From positions 1,472,001 through 1,536,000 of the forward strand of contig CM000207.1 in the NCBI GenBank assembly GCA_000002445.1: a DNA stretch of 64,000 nt, given 5' to 3'. Position 1 is the stretch's first letter, and every line of letters begins with the position of its first letter. This DNA comes from Trypanosoma brucei (taxonomy: Eukaryota). The translations under genes were made by a program, and so were the position numbers. Positions 35,141 through 46,912 of the stretch are shown here, piece by piece. The notes under the pieces are model-generated. The model did no database searches and was not told the origin of the DNA. It saw only the letters and a program-made list of their open reading frames with translations.

Positions 35141-36208
35141 CTACACATTATTCTTCTTTGCATCCGCGTCATTCATAACGGGTATCAGAGAAATAAGACG
35201 TTTCGCGAAACTTCTTTCCAGGTCAAACCAAAGCGTGAATTTATACAGTTCCCCTTCCCGTACGCACTGAGACGCCGAGGGATCATAACAAAGCTTCCCA
35301 TCTGGCAACAGATCACGGCTAATGAAATCTCTCTTTGACACAAAGAGCACATCCTTAAGCCGATCCTTTGACGCTTCGATGAGGGCCTCGTCAACAGACT
35401 CTTTGGCAACAGGTTGCTTGAAACGTAGCAACATGTCAATTGCACAACCCTTTGTTACCGGAACCTGAAAGGCGCTTCCGGTAATTCGCGACGAAAGAGT
35501 GGGCATCAGTTTGCAAAATGTAGTCATCCCAGTGTGCGCATACGGTGTTATACTATCCAACGTCACCCGGGTCTGCCGCCAGTCCTGCGAATTTGCTGAT
35601 CTGGCTGCATTGGGCTCTACCGGTTGGATGGCATGGATGGCTGTGTACGAGCAATCCTCCACGCCAAAACTCTCATGCAAAATGCGGATAAATGGGGCAA
35701 GAGCCACAGCGAGCGGAGCCCCAGAGCATATGATGGGTTGTATCTTCGAAAGATCAGAATCGTTTACCCCAGCAACGATTGCCGGCGCATCACCGCTCTG
35801 TCCGGCAACGAGGACACCACGCGCTCCAGAAGTCAAATGCCCCCAACAGCGGTCGCGTGTGGAAGTAAACCCAGTACATTCCACCACGTAACTCACACCG
35901 GCGTCGCGCCACGCAATATCCACAAGATCGTGCTTCTGCGTAACACGTATCCTTTCCGTTCCGCGGTAGAAAATGTACTCACCAACCACAGTAAGAGACG
36001 CCTTGTCTTCAGCAGAAAGCGGGCTCTCGTTCTGCAGCACATACAACACATAATTGATACTCACAGAGAAATCGTTTACGGCCACAACTGTTACTTGAGG
36101 CTCCGTCATTGATGCAAACAGAACGGCTCGCCCAACAGCTCCAAAGCCATTGATACCTATGGGTATAGGCAAGGGAACTTCACTTATCTTGCTCGTTTCC
36201 GCCTCCAT
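35141..36208 (-). CDS. GAPDH-like protein (glyceraldehyde-3-phosphate dehydrogenase fold, catalytic Cys replaced)
   Basis: 355 aa. Rossmann N-term IGINGFGAVGR…VAVND. Active-site region QPIICSGAPLAVALAPFIRILHESFG aligns to [24 protein letters not shown] with Pro165 (codon 35714-35716) in place of the nucleophilic Cys. The TAIHA histidine is retained. Confidence 0.7.
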   Translation of the reverse strand: MEAETSKISEVPLPIPIGINGFGAVGRAVLFASMTEPQVTVVAVNDFSVSINYVLYVLQNESPLSAEDKASLTVVGEYIFYRGTERIRVTQKHDLVDIAWRDAGVSYVVECTGFTSTRDRCWGHLTSGARGVLVAGQSGDAPAIVAGVNDSDLSKIQPIICSGAPLAVALAPFIRILHESFGVEDCSYTAIHAIQPVEPNAARSANSQDWRQTRVTLDSITPYAHTGMTTFCKLMPTLSSRITGSAFQVPVTKGCAIDMLLRFKQPVAKESVDEALIEASKDRLKDVLFVSKRDFISRDLLPDGKLCYDPSASQCVREGELYKFTLWFDLERSFAKRLISLIPVMNDADAKKNNV

Positions 36209-37796
36209 CAGTATACCTTCGGGCGGTTCCGTACGGCTTCCCTGTTTGTGCTTCCGGCTTCAGTTGGGACAGATAGGAAAGAAAAATACAACTAACAATG
36301 TAGAGGTAGAACCCGCAATGAAAGGAATGGTGCCAAGAAAAAAAAACAAATCTACATATCGGCGGTCGCTGCATTCACATCACAGCACATGCATCTAATG
36401 TGGTGTCCGTTCCAGATGGAGGCCACTTAAAATGCACTCCGATTACCGAGTCCAATACACAGATTAGAATAATGCAAAATAAAACGTCCTGTTCCCGTTA
36501 GTTGGTTAAGCAAAAAAAATTTTTAACATCTGACCTTTCAGTTCGCGAATGGAAAGAGACGACCTATAAAAGTACAGTCTAGTTTACCTTGTGACGCACA
36601 GTGATCAGTGCAGAACGAGCACAAGTTTCACGTTATCCGCCGTGTCGCTTAACTGCTTAACCCCATTTATATAGAGAGTTCTTCATAATTCAACCTATTT
36701 GCATGGGAAACATGGGTTCGCGTAAGGGCCCCGACCATTATTGTCCATGCTTCTCCGATTGTACAAACACAACTGCATCCAAGTACAACCAGTTACAAGC
36801 AACTGGGACTTGTAGCCGTTTGGTCGCGGATTCTTTTCGCATATAAACATCGCGAAAGTTGCAGTAAATCGGACAAAACGACTACACGCACGTATATGTT
36901 GATTCCTATTATAATTACCACACTTGCCGATACGACTTAACTGGAGTCAGTTTGACATTCCTTGAATTCTATTTGGAGAATACGCTTTCCTGAACCGATA
37001 ATAAGACGCGGAAGTACACGCCCGTCAACGTCACAGACGGCACAAATTCTGTCTTGCTCTATATGCACCTCGGCTGCCGTCAAGAAAACTTATCGACAAC
37101 AACAGTAGAAGGACTTACACTTTCCTTGCACTGCCATGATCGGTTATGTGTCTGCAGCAAATGCTTAGCTGTTCCTAACATGGCGCACCCTTTCAACACC
37201 AACTCTTTGGTTTACCCGTTTTTAAAAAAGGAAAAAAATCATGTTTCAATGAGCGGTGTTATCTGTACAATTCTCTGACCCAGGTAGCGATACCTCCGTT
37301 TCCTGAACCACACGCGTTTCACAACTGCATTATCTCCTCCACATGGGGACTCTGAAATGCTCTTCGCGAGGCCGTGTCCCAAGAGAACTGGTGGCCCTCT
37401 CTCTCTCTTTCTCAAAGCTGTTTGCGATGCGTGGATCACTGCCCTATGGGTGTTCTCACACCAGTAAGCCTATGTACCCCGAAAGTCCCATGCCCTTCGT
37501 CGACGACGAATGCAGTGCGGGGGTTTGAATTTTAAAAGATAAAAGAGATCCCGCAGAGGAGATTAAGTCAATTCAAAACAAGAATGGAAATGAGGCTCAA
37601 CAAAATAAGCTACGCGATCCTCATCTATAGAAAAAAAAATCTGTATCCTACCAGGACGAGCCTTCCTGTGCACCAATAGGGACTGGGAATAAAGAAGTTA
37701 AACAGTTTCACTTTTTCGTTTTCGCTGCGCAAATGCTTGTATGTCTGTGACTTCAACGTGAATGCGTTTAGGGAAAAACAGATGTTTTACCACCCC

Positions 37797-38213
37797 CTAT
37801 TCTATAAATTTGTTGTATTCATCGGCAGTCATAAGCCCCTTTGGTATCTCGTCACACTTAACCTTGACAAGCCAGCCATCGGCCTCCGCGGAGCGATTAA
37901 TCAGCGACGGCTCATCCTTTACTTTCTCGTTAACCGCATGCACGACACCGGTGACAGGACAGTAAACATTGCTTGTAGCCTTCACACTCTCCACCTCTCC
38001 CAGCATATCTCGCTCTGTTATTTTATCACCAACATTTGGCAATGCGACGTAAACAACGTCACCAAGGTTCTCCTGCGCATGCGCCGTTATACCAATGGTC
38101 GCAATGCCGTCGCCATGCTCTACCCATTCGTGGCTATCCGTGAAGAAACGGGTGGTGTAAAAGCGAATAGTGGCCGCCACGGTGGCTGCTGGACAAAACA
38201 GTGCGCGACGCAT
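37797..38213 (-). CDS. GCVH: Glycine cleavage system H protein (mitochondrial)
   Basis: 138 aa. Lipoyl-lysine motif GEVESVKATS. N-terminal presequence-like MRRALFCPAATVAA. Confidence 0.85.
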   Translation of the reverse strand: MRRALFCPAATVAATIRFYTTRFFTDSHEWVEHGDGIATIGITAHAQENLGDVVYVALPNVGDKITERDMLGEVESVKATSNVYCPVTGVVHAVNEKVKDEPSLINRSAEADGWLVKVKCDEIPKGLMTADEYNKFIE

Positions 38214-39507
38214 TGCTTAATGTCCCTCTTTTTCTCTGTTGTTCCTTTTTGTGTTATACACTACCTGCCAAACAGTGTGGGTAATACAAAAGGAAACAAT
38301 AACCATTTTACCGAGACAGGAAAATAATTCCACAAATAAGGACGATCAAAACTATTACTTTCCATTTAAAGCTGACCGCTTCTGCGGAACATTGCTGAAA
38401 ATGGTCTGAGAAAAAATGAATAAACCGTCGAAAAATGGGCCTGTACAGCTCCAAATCTTCTCATCGCGCAAGTCAACACAGCTCCCCTTGGTTGGGTAAG
38501 TTTCACCGTTCAAAGAAAAAAAAATGGGCTAAACATGGTGAACGATACCACATACGAAAATGAACTTCCGTACGTCCTCTCACTATATCGATCAGTAGTC
38601 ACTATAAAGAGCAGCTGTGAAAGTTGTCTCACACTTTCCTTCGGCCATCCATAGAAGATGAACAGTTTTTTTTTTAAAAAAAAAAGCGATGTCCTACGAT
38701 GTGTTCCCCACCAAAATATTACAGGTATTGGCTTATGTTTCCTTCGTCTAATATACCATCGACCACTTTCACCTCTTCGTCGTGCAGATAGTATCCTCCT
38801 CTAATACGCCACCACCAGGTGCTGCACCCATCATGAATTCCTCAAACGGTCAACAACTGCGTTGGAAGCTGTTGCAGTGGGTTTAACTTGGTGAATATCA
38901 GTGTACAAAATTTGTATTTTGATCCAGTTATACCTTAGTTTAGTACAAGGAGCACGCGTCTACGTTGGGCAGGAAAGCGGTCGCCGATACTTCGACACGA
39001 GACGTACTGCCATCGATTCTTCTGCCTAAAGAAGTTTTTTTTTGTAAATTCATCCTCTCGTCACAATCGCTGGGATGTGTTGCAAGCACGCAACTCATTT
39101 CTCCTCCGAGCAGATGCCACCATCTACCCTTAATTGGGCACGCAGTCCGCAGGTCCAAATATGTTTAGGCAATTAGCATCCAGCACGTGATCGGCAGTAT
39201 CCAACACGATCTAGGACATTTACCTACATACTGTCGCTTACTAGGGTTTACCAGATCGACAATAATAAGAAAAACTGAAATTACACAATTTCAAAGGAGG
39301 AAAACATGCTTTGAAACGTTTATTTACCGCGGAGTGGAGACGATCAAGTGCACTGGAACTGAAGGCGTCGTGGAAAATAGTACCTGCATATGTGTATGCG
39401 CAAACCCACATACACAGAGAGAAAGGTGCTAATAGTAATAATAATTAAAGGAAAAAACAACCCCTCACCAGCAAGGTGGCAAACACGCAGCACGTAAAAG
39501 CGATACC

Positions 39508-41676
39508 TCACAAGTCTCCCTTGACAGCATCGTCGCTGCCACTTGTGGTGTTCGTTGTATTCTTGTTTTTACCGCTATTCTTAACAAGTTCCTTCAAAGT
39601 GGCAAGTTTATTTTCATATTCTTCTTTACTACATGATTCATTGCTTCCATCGCCATCCTCCAGCCACTCCTGCGCTTCCGCTAATGCATTCTTCAATGAG
39701 TTTACTTCTTCTGGAGTATAGGGTTCTAACGCTGTTGTATTCTCCAAAATGCCCTCCGTCTTTGCCCAGAAAAGATATGTTTCCAAATTATTCTTTGCAG
39801 TTGCTGCCTCATGCTTCTTTCTTTCCTTTTCCAGTAACTGAAATATTTTAACCCTTGAGTTATTCAAAAGCTCATAAGATAGTGGCTCTGGGTTAGTAAA
39901 GGTAACCCTTGCCGATAGTCTAGCTGATTTTCGTTTCATCTCAACTACATATCCGCTTTCGTTGGAACTATTAGAATCGGCCTGTACCCCGGTAGTTTTT
40001 GTGCTCGAAGAAACATTCACAGCATAGCGGTAAAAAACGCCTGCCTCCTCAACTTCTAAAAGGCCAGATTCATTGAAACGAACCTGAATGCGAATAATGT
40101 GGCTGTTGTTTGTGTGGTTAAGTTTGGGTTGAAAGAACCCAAGCCTTTCCAATGCCCCTTTCACACCAGTGATATTAACGTTCCCGATACGCGCATCTGA
40201 ATCGAAGAGTTGAATTGAAAAATCATCAGTGCGATTCACAGTTATGCTCCATCTTGACCCAATGATGGGGTTGTTGGCGAGCATTCTCTTTGAGTTCGAA
40301 GAGTTCTTCACCTCTGGACTGACTGCGAATAAAAACGTGTATGGGACGCGCTCAATTATCCGGAATGAGTGGGGGCGATAATGTGGAGACAGCCGAAGAG
40401 CATAATATGCAGCACCCATTGCGGCAGCTTCGTCTGAATTTAAAGTTCTATTCACCTCCTTCCCCCAAAAGGTGGATAGGTCACTTATTATTTTTGGAGT
40501 TCGTGAAGCGCCACCCATCATTTCAAAGGCATCAATGTCCTTCAAAGTCAGAGATGACTTCGTCACAGCTTCCTGAGCTACACGAGGAAATCGTTTGAGC
40601 AACTCGGAGCAGTTTGTTTCGAATTCTTTTCTTGAAACCTCTGTGCTAAAATCTCTATCGGGGGCAATACCTTCAACCGTGACTGGAGTCTTGCTATTAA
40701 CAGAAAGAACCTCCCTAGCCCTCTTAGCTGCCCGAAATAAAGAAAACTGAGCCTTTCTCTGAGAAACCGTTGATCCACCCAGTACCGGCGAAATCTTCAT
40801 TTTAGAAATAGCCTCTGCTTCGATACCCTTTGCAATGCATGAATCCAGTGCTCTACCGCCTAAGGTTGCATCAGAAACTATACCCATCGTTGTTAGTGTT
40901 CCAAAACTCTCGACGTTTTTCGTCCTCTTCCCCTGTTCTTGAACTGGTGGAGAAAATTTATATACACCAACTTCTGTGTGTGTGCTACCGATGTCGTAAA
41001 CAAGGAGATGAACGGTCCTGTTCCCGAATCCTCTGCGACGCACACCGTAATATAAGGCCGTGGCAGTGGTACTGTGCAACAAACCCAACGTATTAATATG
41101 GACCAAGCGCGCAGCTTCCAAAATAGTTTGTCTCCTCCCCAGCGATGAATGAAAAGGTAAGGTGATAACCACATTTTGGGGGTTTGGCACACCGGCTTTT
41201 TCAGAGATACTTCGGCAGTAGTTTAGCATCATGGCATAAATTTCCTCAGCCGTGTATGTGTCATTATTGTCTTCAAATCTGAATCCAACCGTACCCCGTT
41301 CCTCCGGATGTGGGTCGAATTCACATTGAAGTTTTTTGAAGTTCGCAAAGTCAGACGAATTGTAAGTAATACCAACCAGGTGATTGATCATCGCTATCAT
41401 ATTGGTAGGGAAGCGAGCCGCCAGAGACTTTGCTTGAGCACCTATTGATCTCTCTCCATTCCTGAAACCAATATAATTGTCTGTCTTTCGATGGGACTGC
41501 TCGTTTAAAATTATGTCAACGTTTACTCCATTTATAGGGCCTGCGACCTCAATGTAATCTGAGCCAAAGTCAACCCCTATAACATTAGCAGAAGTTACAT
41601 CGTATCCGAAAGCTGCGGTTAAAAGAAAGGCCACAAGCATCCGCCTGATTTCATTTGCAAGCACTCTCATAGCCAC
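39508..41676 (-). CDS. Divergent HSP70-family protein with N-terminal signal-like segment (possibly ER-lumenal)
   Basis: 722 aa. Actin-like ATPase motifs VIGVDFGSDYIEVA (phosphate-1) and LVYDIGSTHTEVGVY (phosphate-2). Hydrophobic N-terminus. C-terminus …KGDL resembles trypanosomatid xDEL-type retrieval signals. Confidence 0.6.
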   Translation of the reverse strand: MAMRVLANEIRRMLVAFLLTAAFGYDVTSANVIGVDFGSDYIEVAGPINGVNVDIILNEQSHRKTDNYIGFRNGERSIGAQAKSLAARFPTNMIAMINHLVGITYNSSDFANFKKLQCEFDPHPEERGTVGFRFEDNNDTYTAEEIYAMMLNYCRSISEKAGVPNPQNVVITLPFHSSLGRRQTILEAARLVHINTLGLLHSTTATALYYGVRRRGFGNRTVHLLVYDIGSTHTEVGVYKFSPPVQEQGKRTKNVESFGTLTTMGIVSDATLGGRALDSCIAKGIEAEAISKMKISPVLGGSTVSQRKAQFSLFRAAKRAREVLSVNSKTPVTVEGIAPDRDFSTEVSRKEFETNCSELLKRFPRVAQEAVTKSSLTLKDIDAFEMMGGASRTPKIISDLSTFWGKEVNRTLNSDEAAAMGAAYYALRLSPHYRPHSFRIIERVPYTFLFAVSPEVKNSSNSKRMLANNPIIGSRWSITVNRTDDFSIQLFDSDARIGNVNITGVKGALERLGFFQPKLNHTNNSHIIRIQVRFNESGLLEVEEAGVFYRYAVNVSSSTKTTGVQADSNSSNESGYVVEMKRKSARLSARVTFTNPEPLSYELLNNSRVKIFQLLEKERKKHEAATAKNNLETYLFWAKTEGILENTTALEPYTPEEVNSLKNALAEAQEWLEDGDGSNESCSKEEYENKLATLKELVKNSGKNKNTTNTTSGSDDAVKGDL

Positions 41677-42216
41677 ACTTGGACCTTATTGGAAAAGCGG
41701 TGGGAAAATAGAAACACTTTAAGGGAAGTTGTCCCGCAACTGTTAAACCAGAAGGAAAAGGTAAGTACTCCCAATACTGGTTCTGACATTATTGTCTCCT
41801 TTCCCCTCTGAGACAAATGCACGTACCCATGAGTATTGCTCTGCATCGTACAGGACCATAATATATGCATATATATACACAGTTATGAACTCGTCACTAT
41901 AAAAGAAACCCCCCGTTGCAGCACATATGAAACAATATGCAGACGTAAATAAGTATATATATACGTCCCCCCCCCAAAAAAAAAACACCAGTAGACCGTA
42001 GTGGTTATGGTGCAAAAAAGAGCACATTGACGCTCTACAGACAAATTATCTACAAAAGATCTCTATACCCAAAACATTTAATATTTTTTTAATTTCTTCT
42101 TTGCAAAAACAGAAAAAAAGCTGAGTGAACGGGACAAATTACCACGCATAGGATAGTAAGAGGATAAATAAATGAGACGGAAAAAACGGAGAACGAACCG
42201 ATAAAAAAAATCCTCT

Positions 42217-43665
42217 TCATCTCCTCTGCGTAGCACACCGCGGGGCAATGGGGGCTTTCTTTGATGATGTCATGACTTTGCGCCCCTTTGTTCGAGCATC
42301 CACTATTTTTTGCCACACAGACGTATAGATCTGTTTGGCGCCTTTCTCGCTTATTTTCGCATGAGATTCCATTATGCGACGGATGAACTCTGCCTCAGGA
42401 ATATGAACAAGGGTACGACCATCTCCTTCAGGAAGAATATATTCTGGGTTGGTAATCCGACCTCTCGAGCACCGACATATAAATGCCAACGCTTGCTCCC
42501 TGTCAAACCCATTTGGATCGTCGGGGTCATCAGCAACAATACGTGCTGGAACGGTTACCGCAAGCAAGGAGGCGTACCTCAATGTGTTTATTGTATGTCT
42601 AGAATCTCTCAACAGAGGAGAAACACATGCTATTACTACCGTCTTCGTTGGTCTCTTCACAGCAATTTCAAAACAATCACGCAGTAATAGTGTTAAAGGC
42701 GATCTTCTAAATGGTATATGCAGGTGACTGGTGCTTGTCGCTGCCATTGCTCGCGCCCGGATGCATTCTTTCAGCGTCATAAGTGAGGTGTTGATGAACT
42801 TTGCTTCCATTTGTCTTTCCTTATCATGTGTAGCGCTGTCCGCTGTGTTCTCACTTCCGGCAAGATCCACAATAAATAACTCCCCTGGTTTAACCCACGT
42901 GCTGTTCTTACAAATTATTTGTATGCAGGTAACCATGTGGCTGCGGGAAGAGACTTCATTTCTCCCTGTTGCCTTTGTCATCCTCTGGGATGCCGCCTCT
43001 TGGAACACAGCTAATAACATTTCATCATTAGAACATTCAAAACCATCTGTTCCACGGATCTTCAACTCACCAGATATATCCTCAACTACCTGAACCTCTG
43101 AACCGGTCAGGAGATCAATATTTTTGTTTGCTTGTATCTCAATAACTGTAATGAAAATGTTATGTGAAGCAAAGTAAGGAGCCAGATCCCTTGACATAAG
43201 GCCAACAATACCCAACGTCGTATGCGTCTTACCACTCCCTGTTTGTCCATAGCACAAAACACAGGTCGAGGCACCCTCAACCGACAAGTGAACGAGAGGT
43301 GCACATGACTCCATGTATACGCGTTCGGTGTCATCCCCTCCGCAAAAAACTCCGTCGAGAGTTACGCTGTGTGGCTCGATTGTGCACTGTCCAGCTAGTG
43401 AAATTTTGGGGGACATTACAACAGGATCGCGATACCCGTCCACTTTACGAATGATACTTTTGCTATTCATGTCTTCTTGGTCGAAAGGTATAATTGGACG
43501 ACATCGGACAAATATTCTAGAGTCCTGAGAAGTGAAAAGTTCTTTAGGGTCCATAGACGGGCGGAGCTTCTTCTTGACAACCTCAGGCACCTCGGAGGTG
43601 TTGAGCAAGCGTTGAAACTCGGCACATTTGGTACCAAGTTCAGCCACTAACGGTATGTTGGGCAT
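42217..43665 (-). CDS. Kinesin-13 (MCAK-like microtubule depolymerase)
   Basis: 482 aa. P-loop GQTGSGKTHT, switch II VDLAGSEN, and the kinesin-13-specific KECIRA loop (KFINTSLMTLKECIRA). Confidence 0.8.
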   Translation of the reverse strand: MPNIPLVAELGTKCAEFQRLLNTSEVPEVVKKKLRPSMDPKELFTSQDSRIFVRCRPIIPFDQEDMNSKSIIRKVDGYRDPVVMSPKISLAGQCTIEPHSVTLDGVFCGGDDTERVYMESCAPLVHLSVEGASTCVLCYGQTGSGKTHTTLGIVGLMSRDLAPYFASHNIFITVIEIQANKNIDLLTGSEVQVVEDISGELKIRGTDGFECSNDEMLLAVFQEAASQRMTKATGRNEVSSRSHMVTCIQIICKNSTWVKPGELFIVDLAGSENTADSATHDKERQMEAKFINTSLMTLKECIRARAMAATSTSHLHIPFRRSPLTLLLRDCFEIAVKRPTKTVVIACVSPLLRDSRHTINTLRYASLLAVTVPARIVADDPDDPNGFDREQALAFICRCSRGRITNPEYILPEGDGRTLVHIPEAEFIRRIMESHAKISEKGAKQIYTSVWQKIVDARTKGRKVMTSSKKAPIAPRCATQRR

Positions 43666-43883
43666 TTTACTTGCTACACAACCTTTAGACCAAAAAAACC
43701 TGCGGTAAGAGTTGCGGGATCCCTACTTATCTGCTATAGAACCTAACGGTGGAACATGAAGAAAGCGAGCATTTATTCGCGCAGTCAAGCTATGCCACAA
43801 GTGGTTTCAGAAACAAAAAACCTCCGCCACAAGAATGATGATATCAAACCGTGCGGCCGCAAAGTCACTGCAACAACAACCTA

Positions 43884-43902
43884 GTTTTTTTTAAAAAAAA
43901 AA
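43884..43902 (-). promoter_or_regulatory. Candidate polypyrimidine tract / splice-acceptor region for the kinesin-13 mRNA (T11 on transcribed strand)
   Basis: Plus strand TTTTTTTTAAAAAAAAAAA gives A8T11 on the minus strand, ~220 nt upstream of the ATG at 43665. AG dinucleotides follow. Inferred from the general kinetoplastid trans-splicing rule only. Confidence 0.3.
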
Positions 43903-46900
43903 AGACAAACTAAGTCAATAAACGAATCACGCAGCTCTCTTTCTCTCTGTCGGCTCAGCCAAAGAGTTACGAAAAAATGCTTTAAGATATGCACAAAGTA
44001 AAATTGTTTAACTGCGACCTGAGAAAAACAAAGTTCCACACGAAGGCATAAGTTGAGAAATACGTGAGAAACAAAGTAAGCATAAGACCAACAAACCGTC
44101 GTCAGGGGAAATTAAAGATAAAAACGGAAGGTGGGAACAGTTCTTTGTATACATTACCAACCAACTTTAATTGACGAAAAGATTTACAAACACATGCCTT
44201 GTTTCCAAAGGGAAGGGTGACAAAAAACAGTGAGCTCACACTCCACCATCAAAAAAAAAAGATAAAACAAACTCCAACCCACAGCAACTTCCGATCCCTT
44301 CAAGTCTGGCCGCCTCTCCGAAGCCAATCTAAAATGTACAAGATTCGTTAAGCACCTCCTTCCCTGTGACGAGCTCAAGCACACACGAAGAGCATCGAAA
44401 CTAGGAAATCATGCAAAAATAATAAATTCACGATGAGTAGGTAAAAGCGGAGAAACCATCAATATTAACCGAACAAGCGGTGTCACAGGGGCTAAAGGCC
44501 GCACGGTTTGGCGACCGCAAGTCGCGCAGACCATCAGCAGCAATCACCACTCAAGAAGGTATACGCCGAGGGCCCGTCACAAGTAGCCACCATTTGGCAG
44601 CCGTGCGAACCTTTAATTGTTGCGAATGCGGCGGCCGGCCGCCCGCATGCACCCCGGGCCCCGAGCATCAGAGCAGTCGGATGGCCGCCCAGCATCGAAG
44701 AGAAGGCCGGTGGCAACACCACCCACTGTCCCTGGCGACGGGGGACGCCATTTTCGGATCCTCTCGCCCCCTGCGCGTCCTCTCGGGTATCGACGGCATC
44801 CTTTATTGCGATATGGGGACCGGGGAGGGACAATGAACGAAATACCCATTCAACACTTTCCTCAACGCGTGGAGAACGGTGACGGGACCAAATGCAAAAA
44901 AAAAAAAAGAAGAGCGCACACTAACCACATGATGCGGGCGCACGGCGTCGGCGGAACCGCCTGCACGGGGTGGGGGCATAGCGGCAGGGAATGGCGTAGG
45001 CGTCGCGAAAGATCTAAGGGCAATAAGATGTGTTGAAGTCAAACCTGCCGAACGCCTGTTCAATCGCGAAGACCAGACAACATTCGTGTCAACATATTTC
45101 CACAAATCAACTATCCTTAACCAATAACGGCTGAGGACGTTGAATTCGACGGAGGGCCGCTCATTGTGGTGTGGACATGAGTTCCCGCAGCCGACCGTGG
45201 AACCGAGCCACCGCTTCTGGAAAAGCAGTCGAATGCGCGGTTCGATGGCGCCCGAGAGGGGAAAAGAAGATCACCGGAGTGCAGCTCTTCCCTCGCATTA
45301 CTTAGACACTGTATGAAGTAGGAGGGGCTGTGGTGGAGGCGGAAGAAAGGTAGCAGCAGCGGATTCACCGGCAACACACACAGGGCAAACGTCAGCGGAG
45401 GCCGCGACGGGCCCATTCTGGTCACAACCTCCAGCGCATCATTCACACGTAGCAAGACTGACCCGAACAGCTTGGCAATAAAGCGGTGTGCAAGAATTGC
45501 AGAAAAGATACGGGTGGTTCCTAAGGCGGAGCGAGTGGGAGAAGCTAAACCATTTTATAATCCACACTAAGAATCAAGGCACAAAAAAAAGCATCTCCCG
45601 TGGGGGAAGAGCGTGTTGACGACATTTTCCCGGCCAAAGGGCCCAACCTTATCGACCCAACAGCAGAAAAACTTTCTAGCACCTCGAAGAAGCAACAACG
45701 GTGGGCAAGGTGAACTCAGCGGTGAAAGAAACGACCCCAAGGCAACACGAATACAAAACAGAAAAACTGGAAGAGGCCGAGGCAGGAATGTGAGACCTGG
45801 CTGCCGCGGCACTTGCACCACGGACGTTGAGCACATTAGTTGTAGGCGTCAAAGAGCAGAAGCCAACAAAACGGCGGTAAGCAGATGCTGTTGCGGAAAT
45901 GTACTAAAAGAGGCTCAGAAAGATACGGCGAGCTCCGAGGGTGGAATTATCAGGGGTAACAAACTATAAGTCTAAGTTGTTTGATTACGGAGGAGCGGAG
46001 GTTGACACAGAGTGACGTATACGCTGGAACTGCACCTAGAGAAGATTGCACACACGGAAAGAAATTGTGGAACCTTGTTTGGAAAGAGAGGAAATGCTTC
46101 GTGAGGTTTTATAATCACCGCGTGGAACACGGCGGAATACCCGGGCGGGGGTGAGAAGGGCGGTAAAACATCACTCTCGGGAGACAGAAAAAGCTTGCAA
46201 AAGAGGCGGCGGCAGCCCGAGAAGCGGCCCTTAGAAGTGTTTTCTCCAAGTCGATGAGGGGTTGATTGGCAGGACACTGAAAGGTCACTTTGATCGGTTG
46301 CTTACATCAAAGAAACCGCCGTTTATGCCAAAGCACCAAGCAGTAGACACCAAGTTTTTGACGTTTGGTGAAACAAGGTGGAGAAATGGGGAGACAGCAA
46401 CTGCTTTCATGGATCGTGCAAGAGCGACCGGCTCAATGGATCGTCGGGGGATCACTCACTGTGGTTTTAAATCGCTGCGATGCGCATCTCCGCTTAGCGA
46501 GACGGATAGGACAGTTGCCGCATAATCGAAAATCCAAAATGAAGATGAGCAACGCGTAGCCAGGAGATTTCCTCGACCTTAGGGGTGTGGCGGGAATTTG
46601 TCCTCGAACCACTTCTGGTCGCTGTGATAATGGAAGCATAATAAGAGGCACTGATCGGAGCACAGGGATTAAGCATACCTTCCTTGCAAACGGTCCAATC
46701 GTCATACGCGCCGGCAGAGGTCTAAAAAAATTTTGAGCAAACGCCACGGAGGGAGCCTCGGTTGTGTGCCAATGAACGGTCGAAAAGACCTTTCGTGGAA
46801 ATTTCGGCTGAAGAGGAATGCACATGCTTCGGGATCATTCACGGCAACGCCTAGAAGTCCCATACATATAATAGCTGAAAGAAGGGCCCCAAAATTTCTG

Positions 46901-46912
46901 GACTTAATACCT

